Source: a virus
Taxonomy: Duplodnaviria > Caudoviricetes
Direction: 5' to 3' (one strand)
Virus record (IMG/VR): IMGVR_UViG_3300025889_000163
Location: 1-53,175 of that record
Length of the DNA: 53,175 nucleotides
In this document: positions 34,901-44,300 of the stretch, piece after piece
Position numbering within the stretch: position 1 is the first letter of the stretch
How the letters are laid out: each line of letters begins with the position of its first letter
Notes under the pieces: generated by a model
What the model saw: the letters and a program-made list of their open reading frames with translations, nothing else
Told to the model about the DNA's origin: nothing
Database searches by the model: none
Translations under genes and position numbers: made by a program

Positions 34901-37359
34901 GATACGGTGTTTATGGAAGGGGCGGATTGTTCTCAAACATAAAGTATCTTTCTGATATGGGGTTATATCCAAGAAAGATTAGAGGCGCATATGTCAACAG
35001 AATAATGGCATCAGCAACTTTACGCAGAATTATTGGTAATCGTGTTGTTGATGCTGCGCTTCTTCCCTGGATTCGCTCTAGAAAAATTTATTTTAAGATT
35101 ATGGGTTTAAAACCCAACACTCTTCACAAAGCATATTTTGATGGAGTTGACGTTACTAATTTCTGTAGGACAGAAACATTTTTGAGATATGCTGCCACAA
35201 CTAATGATGATGGCAATTTGTATACTAATGTTACTGTAACAGACGGACATCCTCAAGGCGCTCTTCCTCTTACATCAAACGATAAAGGGGAATTATCTGG
35301 TTCTTTCTTTATCCCAAGTACAAGACCAAGATACGTTGTTGGACCATATGGTGTTACGACAGGAGAAATTGTTGCTGATGGTTCATTAAGGTTCCGAGCA
35401 GGGATTAAAGAATTTAAAGTCTTGGATATAGCAGAAAATAACTGGAGTGCAGCAGGTAGTAAAGCAGCAGCATATTATTCTGTTCAAGGTGCCATGCCGA
35501 TTAAACAGCAAACAATTTTGTCGACAAGGTTGTTTTGGAAAGTCCATCCATATGATTATTCTAGGGGACCAAACGTTTGGAATTATCATCAAATTCGTGA
35601 TGAAGTTGATAATGTTCCAGCAGGATATGTGCAATATCTGGAACCTCATGAACAGGGACTTTGGGGAGCTGCTACTACAGCTGTTTCGCCAGGATCATAC
35701 AGCGGAGAAATGGGAAATATTATTTACGACTATGTGAATGTTAATCAATTATTGTATTCGGGTGTAAATGTATTACCTTCATATTATCCGCAAAAACCTC
35801 TTGCACAATCGTTTTTTGTAGATAATCCGTTCGGCGTTATACTAACAAATATTAAATTATATTTTAAAACAAGACCTGATCCTAACGAAAAACCACTTCC
35901 GGTCAGTGTGCAAATTCGACCAATGAAAGGAAATGTTCCAGACTCCTTAGAAATTGTTCCCGGATCTTGTTCTTTTGTTAATGCAGCAGATGTTAATGTT
36001 TCTAGCGATGCAAGTTTAGCAACTACATTTGAATTTGAAGAACCCGTATTTTTGAATCCATATACAAAATATGCAATATGTGTTCAGTCACAATCTACGG
36101 AATATGAAGTGTTTACTGCTACATTTAATCAATATATTGTTGGCGGCGGCGGTAGAAAAGTGACTAAGAGTCATTTAGGTGATATGTTCTTCCCGCAAAC
36201 GGGATATGCATACAAACCAGCAGTCGGCAGAGATTTGACATATCAAATTACCAGAGCAAAATTCTCGCCAAAAGATGCTAATGGAAATAGAAATTCTGGT
36301 GTTGCTGGCGGACATAATGGAAGTTTGATTCTAAGAAACGCAGAAATTCCTGATAGATTGCTCGGGCAAAATCCATTAAGCGTAACTCAAGGGTCTTCTA
36401 CAGTTTATGTTAAACATCCTTGTCATGGTTTGAATATTGGTGATTATGTTACTATATCTGGGGCAGTTGCTACTGGTGGGATCAATGCAGTAAATCTCAA
36501 TTTAACCAACACGCTTGTTACTAATGCAGACGTTCATGGATTTACTTACACTGCTGGAAGTTCAGCAACTTCAACTACTTTGGGCGGAGGTTCTTCTATA
36601 ATTACCTCTAGAAATATCCAATATGATGTTATAATGCCTTACATTGAAACTGCTGTCCCAGCATTAACTTCTGTAGATTTTAGTGCTAAATTAATCAAAG
36701 GGAAATCTTTTGGTAATACAGAATCTTACAGTAAGTATGACGAGGACCAAACGTTCACAAGAGTTAATCCGTTTGTAAATACTTCTTTTGACGAACCAAG
36801 ACTTCTGGCAAATAGATATCAAGAAACACAATCTATTTCTAGTCACAGATCAGCATACTTTAAAGTTGATTTGAAGAGTGCAAACAATTATGTTTCTCCA
36901 ATTGTTGACTTGCAGCGTTCTTCTTTAATTTTAGTCACAAACTGTATTGACGATTCAGATGGACGTTCTCTTGTAGGTAACAGCGAACTTTCACCATACG
37001 GTGGCGCTTCACCATCAAGGCATATAGTTACGCCTGTTTCAACAGCAATTCCTGCTGTAGGATTCTCGGCAAAAGTTAAATATATATGTCCAGCATATTC
37101 AGATTTTAGTGTTTATGGTAGGACATCGAATGCTGGTGAGAATATTGCTGACCAACCATGGTTTTTAATTGAACCGCAACAACCTTTGCAGAAAGGATAT
37201 TATGGTTCTGGTTGGAAAGAGGCTGAATTTTTAGCTGGTGGATTGGGCGGAACTTTAGATGCGTTTACTCAAGCGCAACTAAAATTTGTTATGCACACTT
37301 CAAACACGGTTTGGGTGCCTTTGATAAAAGATTTGAAATGGAAATTCCTAGCAACTTAA
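31963..37359 (+). CDS. Large virion structural protein (DUF4815/VrlC-like)
   Basis: YHRILFNSGRALQARELTQVQTI, PGADRLQI, RTREESGNY, LDNGQRDNYY, DYLDFRP, KRYTMADI, PLAQSF. Confidence 0.85.
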   Translation: MATDLTQATLSSTYKDDWTESDNYHRILFNSGRALQARELTQVQTIIQEEMARFGGHVFKEGAAVSLGGNHITALYNFVRVNSADLSGVAVGDVYQGQTSGVKATVLEVLDADNTLYIAYIDGDGSLNKTFDVSENIIAIVGTGGNFVTVGTNATGSGVKFTVGEGDFFVAGHFVHAQQQSLILEKYSNTVDAVVGFKVEEKIITVNDDEDLYDNAGDVVNTASPGADRLQINLTLIEKSDTVSQDMFVFIARIENGEIVEEVSLDNSYNELEEQLAQRTREESGNYIVSPFNISYQEHDADASKLELHVDGGLAYVNGHRASTATTVLLVPKPQDVEPVTDESIGIAYGNYFQIQYDATLNLTDGETMFFNAGSYQHIPVNIYIGNDQRGTCILRAIQRDLSDSTLARAYVYKVEMDADYSVSAATSLRTGNINIAIAGTSGLLDTRINGSLFKFPLTRPKLVDGGTITRTCIRSVRINSDGTGVAQLANITPDDYVDWGQWIIWNDTSNTLETGWSYNPATYEISGLTVSQSHVLLYFVQESSTNTKSRPKSLTQTTVTSGLTTVGEFKYLPLGQYDIYEIDSVRLGTSAGEPADAVFRLDNGQRDNYYTEGRLILNDGYTWTGNVYTKFKYFARNSVTSDDAFYSVSSYSGQIDYKDIPTHKLSDGTLINLRDYLDFRPDVPLASNTPTNEFGQPRIGSNVSFNTEYYLPRADKILVDENGGVSVLLGQQAQDPQYKKTPDNSLDLYNVLMNANTLDATDLKISPVEHKRYTMADIAKLEAKLDALAESTSLSLLELDAKIDSLHDSDGNVREEVGIIVDDGSDQNLSDTNSSDYCASVDPDSQLFRPCFDENNIRLIYVENDLTDAFTTANSSKNVVLKGDNVYLDYEESSWITQTDASEAVKVNPYGMVDNVGCMELSPSSDEWKAGWNGLRLLGNSNRLDVKWAWLWNSWQWNWIGRLQDGVFVDPDLDLYERGYGVYGRGGLFSNIKYLSDMGLYPRKIRGAYVNRIMASATLRRIIGNRVVDAALLPWIRSRKIYFKIMGLKPNTLHKAYFDGVDVTNFCRTETFLRYAATTNDDGNLYTNVTVTDGHPQGALPLTSNDKGELSGSFFIPSTRPRYVVGPYGVTTGEIVADGSLRFRAGIKEFKVLDIAENNWSAAGSKAAAYYSVQGAMPIKQQTILSTRLFWKVHPYDYSRGPNVWNYHQIRDEVDNVPAGYVQYLEPHEQGLWGAATTAVSPGSYSGEMGNIIYDYVNVNQLLYSGVNVLPSYYPQKPLAQSFFVDNPFGVILTNIKLYFKTRPDPNEKPLPVSVQIRPMKGNVPDSLEIVPGSCSFVNAADVNVSSDASLATTFEFEEPVFLNPYTKYAICVQSQSTEYEVFTATFNQYIVGGGGRKVTKSHLGDMFFPQTGYAYKPAVGRDLTYQITRAKFSPKDANGNRNSGVAGGHNGSLILRNAEIPDRLLGQNPLSVTQGSSTVYVKHPCHGLNIGDYVTISGAVATGGINAVNLNLTNTLVTNADVHGFTYTAGSSATSTTLGGGSSIITSRNIQYDVIMPYIETAVPALTSVDFSAKLIKGKSFGNTESYSKYDEDQTFTRVNPFVNTSFDEPRLLANRYQETQSISSHRSAYFKVDLKSANNYVSPIVDLQRSSLILVTNCIDDSDGRSLVGNSELSPYGGASPSRHIVTPVSTAIPAVGFSAKVKYICPAYSDFSVYGRTSNAGENIADQPWFLIEPQQPLQKGYYGSGWKEAEFLAGGLGGTLDAFTQAQLKFVMHTSNTVWVPLIKDLKWKFLAT

Positions 37360-37562
37360 TTCCAGTAGAAGGGTATCCTAACCTCTATCGTGATAAAGAA
37401 ACTGGCATGTTAGTCAGTACTGATTATGCACGCATAGAACAAGCAAAAAGAAGAAAGGCGCAAAGAGCAAAAGAAAAAGAAAATTTTACTGCTCTTGAAA
37501 ATAAGGTAGATTCTTTAGAATCTAAACTTGATACTATTCTTAGACTGTTGGAGAATAAATGA
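37338..37562 (+). CDS. Conserved small phage protein
   Basis: IPVEGYPNLYRDKETG plus C-terminal coiled coil; commonly follows DUF4815 genes. Confidence 0.75.
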   Translation: MEIPSNLIPVEGYPNLYRDKETGMLVSTDYARIEQAKRRKAQRAKEKENFTALENKVDSLESKLDTILRLLENK

Positions 37563-38362
37563 TGTATAATGGTAATCTTTTTTCATATAGATTAACTAAT
37601 CCTGATGACACTGATCTTCTTGCTGCAACATTTACTAACAAAGATTTATATCCGGGTACGACTTCTACCTCAGCTGACGGTCTCACAATTATGTCTGAGG
37701 ATTATATTTCTCAGATAAAAAACTCTCTATTAAGACCAGATGCTATTCCTGTTACTGGAATAACATCTAGGATTTCTGATGGGACAAAACTCTGTGTATG
37801 CAACTATACTTACCTCAAAATAGCATTGCATAACTTTGAATACCTTGATATGACTCCAGAAAACATTGGAAATTATTTATTATGGCCAAACGAGTTTGCG
37901 GTTTTTCCTGATCAGAGAGGACAAAAATTAAGATGGGAATTAAACTTTTTCTTAGGAAATTTCTATAGATGGCATCTTCCTAAAGATATAGGCATAAATG
38001 TTATTGGAAGAATAAATTATGCTCCCCAAGGTATGCATGATGTAACTATGTCTTCTGCTACCGTAGAACAACATGCTTCTATGGGGCACATTGATGACGA
38101 TCTTTCTTATTTGCCTTCAACCGAAAATTTTAAAACTCTGTTTCGCGAAGAAGCAGGACCTAATGGACTTTTTCCTGCTAACTCAAAAATACAAATTGAA
38201 ACAGCACCAATGGTTCTAGATTGGCATAATGATGTTGGAATAAATGAAGATGGAAAGTATTACTACATTCCTGATCCAACAGTTTCTTTATATAATATGA
38301 TTGTAGCAGTTTCAAGTAAATCTCCGGGAACGTTATCACATCTACAGCAAAAATTTGTTTAA
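37559..38362 (+). CDS. Hypothetical protein
   Basis: 267-aa ORF, GGAG RBS, ATGA-coupled; no family recognised. Confidence 0.65.
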   Translation: MMYNGNLFSYRLTNPDDTDLLAATFTNKDLYPGTTSTSADGLTIMSEDYISQIKNSLLRPDAIPVTGITSRISDGTKLCVCNYTYLKIALHNFEYLDMTPENIGNYLLWPNEFAVFPDQRGQKLRWELNFFLGNFYRWHLPKDIGINVIGRINYAPQGMHDVTMSSATVEQHASMGHIDDDLSYLPSTENFKTLFREEAGPNGLFPANSKIQIETAPMVLDWHNDVGINEDGKYYYIPDPTVSLYNMIVAVSSKSPGTLSHLQQKFV

Positions 38363-38370
38363 CAAAAACA

Positions 38371-38378
38371 TATAAATA
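38371..38378 (+). promoter_or_regulatory. T4-type late promoter
   Basis: TATAAATA upstream of the giant ORF. Confidence 0.8.
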
Positions 38379-38399
38379 GTGAAGTACATTTAAGGTTGA

Positions 38400-41300
38400 A
38401 TGATGTCTTCACGTCCATTAAAACAATTCGGTTCTGGTAATTTACGAGAATTAACTCTCACAGACGAAGCATATCTTGCCTACAGAACAGGGATTCAACT
38501 TGGTCAATTTGCCACTGATGATGTGGGCGCTTTGTCCACAAATAATTCGTACACGTTGGTTGGCGAATATGTCGATACATATTATTCGTCCACAGGACCA
38601 ATTAATACCAGAACATATGCATTAACTGCTACAGCATATGCCCAATTAGATACAGGTTCAAGCGTTTGGACTCTTGATTGGGAAACTACCCCTGCTCAAA
38701 TACCAGCAACTTTGCAAGTTGGTGACATAATTGAACTTACAATGGGAATTGAGGCAACTGTTGATTTTCCGAATGACGAAATTGAGTCTGCTGATTTAAC
38801 ACCATCTTGGACTCTAGACGGGGTATCTCAATCGGGTTTAAGAGTTGTTGATATTACTGTTACTTCTGAAGCAGGACATAATCATTCTGTTACTGCTAGG
38901 TCTGTCTTTTGGAGTCTTAGTTTAGACACTGGGTTATACCAAGCAAAATGGACTTTAGAAGTACAACAGGAAGGAACTTTGGTATTGACTGGATTGGCAC
39001 GAGTCGCTGACCAAGGAAACAGTCCACCCCAACTCTTAGACACCGCTTCCTTTGGATCTTCAACTGTCGGCAATAATATTGGTGTTATTGAAGTCAGTGG
39101 TAATGCTACATTAAATGAATCAGTAGATTTGGGTAACGTTGAAGTTGGGTCTGTATTACATGTAATTGTAAATGGCGATCAACCAACTTACTATAATTCG
39201 CCTTTATCTGGCGGAAGTGGATATACAATAACCCCCGAAACCTGGATCGGACCAGAATTTTATGTTACTATAACTGCAACAGGGGCGAATTATATATTTT
39301 TTGCTGATTCTCAAGGAGACGATTTTTTCCAGCTTAGTTGGACAGGAATTTCTAGTACAAGCAGCGGTGCTACTCTAAACGCTAACCCAACTCGTTTGTA
39401 TCAAAATTTGTCAGGTGTTGCTTCTCAAAGATCTGAACCTAATTGGCGCGGATTTGTTAAATGGGATGGTTCAATACAAAATCCTGGCGTCAAGGAAATG
39501 AATGATACAGAACTTGATGTTCTTATTCTTCGCCTCCTTAAAGCAGTTATGAAAAATGAATATCCTGGCGTTTTTAGACTAGCAGCAACTTCGCCAGGTT
39601 CTGATTGGACTCCATTTTTATCCAACATATTTACTGATACCAGATCTGACGGATACAGTCAAAATTATTCAATTTACATAAGAACTGTAGGGACAGCGCC
39701 AACAAAAATAAATCCGATGATTGTTGAGCGCGATAATAACAATGTTTTTGCTGGATTAAAGGCTGCTAATGATAGTATAATGTCAGTAACCCTTGGTCAA
39801 AGGGCAAAAGAAGTGATCAAGAGTTCAGGAATTGGAACCTATCAGTTACGTTCTTCAATTCAAGGTCCGCCAACCGAAGATGGTGTTTGGGTTCCTAGAG
39901 GTGTTGCTATAGACACTAGAAACGAAGGCGAATATGGTGGGGAAGAAGCAGCATATATTAAAGAATACACTGGAGATTATTCTAAAGATTATAGTCATAT
40001 TTCAACTGAAGCATTTACTGGAGATTACAATAAAACTTTTACGGGTGATTATACTACCGATTATTCTTTTGACTATGCTAGAACTTCGCAACAAGATTTT
40101 ACTATAATTTCCGCTGAAGATTTTACTGGTGATTATCTTGGTGACTATTCTCGTTTAAGTGAAACTGATTACACCCATGTTTCTTTAGAAGATTTTAGTG
40201 GCGATTATCTGAACGAATTTACGGGTGATTATACTGCAGATTATTCCCAAGATTATGCTAGAACTTCACAAGAAGATTTTACTCATGTTTCTGCTGAAGG
40301 ATTTGCTGGTGAATATGTTAAAAATTATTTGAGACAATCTATAGCTGATTTTACTCATGTTTCATCAGAAGAATATACTGGCGATTATATTGGCGATTAC
40401 ACTCATATAAGCGATGTAAATTACCAGCGTGTTTCCCTTGAAAATTTTACTGGCGATTATACTGGCGACTATTCTAAAAACTTCCAGCGTGACAGCAGCA
40501 TCGATTATCAAAGAGTAAGTACAGAAACATTTACTGGGGACTACACTACAGAGTATTCATTTGACTACACCAGACAAAGCGATGTAGATTATACTCATAT
40601 TTCAGCAGAAGATTTTACTGGTGATTATACTAATAACTATACAAGAAATTATCTCAGACAAAGCGATATAAATTATTCTCACCTTTCTAATCAAGTATTT
40701 ACTGGCAATTATACTGGCGACTACACAGTCGATTATACTCATTTAAGTGATGTAATCTATAATCGCATTTCTGCCGAAAATTTTACTGGTGATTATACTG
40801 GCGATTATACAGTTAATTATGCTAGAGATACTCCAATAAATTATCAGCGAGTTTCTGCAGAAAATTTTACGGGCGATTATAGTGGTGATTATACAAAAAA
40901 TTATGCACGCCAAAGCGCAGTTGGATATTCTCGCACTTCTGCAGAATCATTTAGTGGTGATTATAGCAAAGAATATACTCTTGCATATTTAAGGCAAAGT
41001 GACATTGATTATACTCGTCAATCTACAGAAGCATTTACTGGCGATTACACTACAGATTATGTTTTTGATTATACCCATTTAAGTGATGTTGTATATACTC
41101 GCCAATCTACAGAAGCATTTACTGGTAATTATGTTGGAGATTATGTTTTTGATTTTACGCATTTAAGTGATGTTGATTACACTCGTCAATCAACAGCACA
41201 ATTTACTGGAGATTATACTGCGAATTATTCAAAAAATTATGTCAGGCAAAGCGATGTAAATTATACTCATCTTTCTACTCAAGATTTTGCAGGTGAATAT

Positions 41301-44300
41301 ACTGGCGACTACACAGTTAATTATGCTCGTACAAGTGCTGTCAATTATGCGAGACAAGAGACTGAAACATTTACTGGCGATTATACTCCTAATTACAGTA
41401 AAGATTTTAGTCATTTAAGTGATATAGAATATAGTAGAACTTCAACTGAACAATTTACTGGAGACTATACTCCTAATTACAGTAAAGATTTTAGTCATTT
41501 AAGTGATATAGAATATAGTAGAACTTCTGCACAGCAGTTTACTGGCGATTATACTCCTAATTATAGTAAAGATTTTAGTCATTTAAGTGATGTAGAATAT
41601 AGTAGAACTTCTGCACAGCAGTTTACTGGCGATTATACTCCTAATTATAGTAAAGATTTTAGTCATTTAAGCGCCATAGATTATAACAGAACTTCAACTG
41701 AACAATTTACTGGAGACTATACTCCTAATTACAGTAAAGATTTTAGTCATTTAAGCAACATAGATTATAGTAGAACTTCACTACAACAATTTACTGGTAA
41801 TTATACTCCTGATTATCTCAAAAATTATATACGTTCAAGCAATGTTGATTACACTCGCCAATCAACAGCAAATTTTACTGGAGATTATTCTCTTGAATAT
41901 CTTAAGAATTATGCTAGACTAAGCAATGTAAACTATGCTAGGGCGCCAGATGTAGAATATAGTAGAGATGTAACTCCAACAGAAATTGATATTTCTTTAA
42001 GCATCCCTGCGGGTAGTTTTGAAAGTTTAGGAAATCTAGCAAACGGAACTATAATAAATGTAGACGTAGACTCATTCTATGGAGGCATTTATCTTAATCA
42101 ACCGCTCACCAACCAGGGCAATTCTACAATTGATGCATATTATTTGAATCCATATACAATCACGGTAGGATCTGGTTACGCCCTATTCTATTGGAGCGAT
42201 AGTAATCCTGGCGATTTTGCTGCTATAGAATTTACTGGTGTTCAAGGTGGCGAACAATCGGCTTTTACTAGAACTTCTGCGCAGACATTTACTGGTAACT
42301 ATACTCGTACTTCTGGATTTAATTTTCTAGGAGATTTTACAGTTAATTATGCTAGAGATGATTTAAACAATTTTACTGGTAACTATACTGCTAATTATTC
42401 TAAAAACTTTCAAAGAGCGCCGTTGACCAACTATATTAGAGCCAGTGTAACCACATATACTGGTAACTATACTGCTAATTATTCTAAAAACTTTGCTAGA
42501 GCAAATGAAGTTAATTATGCTAGAGATGATTTAAACAACTTTACTGGTGAATATACTGCGAATTATTCTAAAAACTTTGCTAGAGCGACTCTAGTTAATT
42601 ATGCTAGAAACAATATAGTCATATATAGTGGTGAATATACTGCTAATTATACTAAAAACTTTGCTAGAGCGAATCAAGTTAATTATGCTAGAGATGATTT
42701 AAACAACTTTACTGGTGAATATACTGCTAATTATACTAAAAACTTTGCTAGAGCAAATCAAGTTAATTATATTAGAAATGATTTAAACCAATTTACTGGT
42801 AATTATACTCCGGATTATATTAAAAACTTTGGTAGAGCGACTCAAGTTAATTATGCCAGGACCAGCGGTGTTTATTATGCAGGAGATTTTACCAAGAACT
42901 ACAGCAGGGTAGATTCTTACATTGGGGTTGAAACTTTTAATGCGACAAGTTCTCCGTGGGCGGTGCTTGGGTCCGATACTACAACTACTATTGATGGCGC
43001 TGAACAAAGAGATATTATAAACGTAACTTTACCTGCTTTGTCTCCAGCAACTACATCTACGCAAGGAGCTCATACTGGAACGATCTCTGTTGTTAAAAAT
43101 GCTGGTGAGACTAGTTATAGGGTCACCATTGGAGCAGGTCACACAGGAACCTGGCGAGCATTGTTTTCGTGTTCTTATGCACAGGGCAAGTCGATTATAA
43201 CTCGATTATCGGCAGTTGGTGGGTCAGTTATTGCAGGTGACTATGCTGGCGATTTTTCTAGAACAACGTTGTTTTCGAAAAACTTTACCAGAAGCAATCT
43301 AGTCAATTTTGCTGGAGATTATACCAAAAACTTTGCTGGCGATTATACTAAAGAATTTACTCGTGTTCCTACATTTAATAGGATATCAGGAGTATTCTAT
43401 GCTGGAGATTTTACTAAGAACTTTGCTGGCGATTTTAGTAAAGATTACACTCGTGTTCCAACGTTCAATAGGGTTTCTGGTGTTCAATATGCTGGGGATT
43501 TTACTAAAAACTTTGCTGGCGATTTTAGTAAAGATTACACTCGTGTTCCTACATTTAATAGGATATCATTAATATTCTATGAAGGCAATTTTTCTAAGAA
43601 CTTTGCTGGTGATTTCACTATAGATTATACTCGTGTTCCAACGTTCAATAGGGTTTCTGGTGTTCAATATGCTGGTGATTTTACTAAAAACTTTGCTGGT
43701 GATTACACTATAGATTATACTCGTGTTCCTACATTTAATAGACAATCCAATATAGTCTATATTGGAAACTATTCTAAGAACTTTGCTGGTGATTACACTA
43801 TAGATTACACTCGTGTTCCAACGTTCAATAGGGTTTCTGGTGTTCAATATGCTGGTGATTATAGTAAGAATTTTCAACGTCAGGATACACCGCAATATAC
43901 TGGAAACTATTCAAGACAAATTACGCTTCAATATACTGGAGATTATGTAGTAGTTTATGTTGGCGCATACATTAAAAACTTTGCTGGTGATTATACTAAA
44001 GGATTTATAGGTGATTATACTGTAGATTATCTGCAAAATTATGCTAGAACAGATGCAGAGCAGTTTACTGGTAATTATCCTGATGGATTTACAGGTGATT
44101 ATACTAAAGAATATACTCGTGTTCCAACGTTCAATAGGGTTTCTGGGGAAAACTTTACTGGAACTTATCCGGATACTTTCACTGGCGATTATACTATAGA
44201 CTATACTCGCGCTACAAATTATGCTAGGATATCCGCAGAGCAGTTTACTGGAACTTATCCAGATCAGTTTACTGGCGATTATACTATAGACTATACTCGC

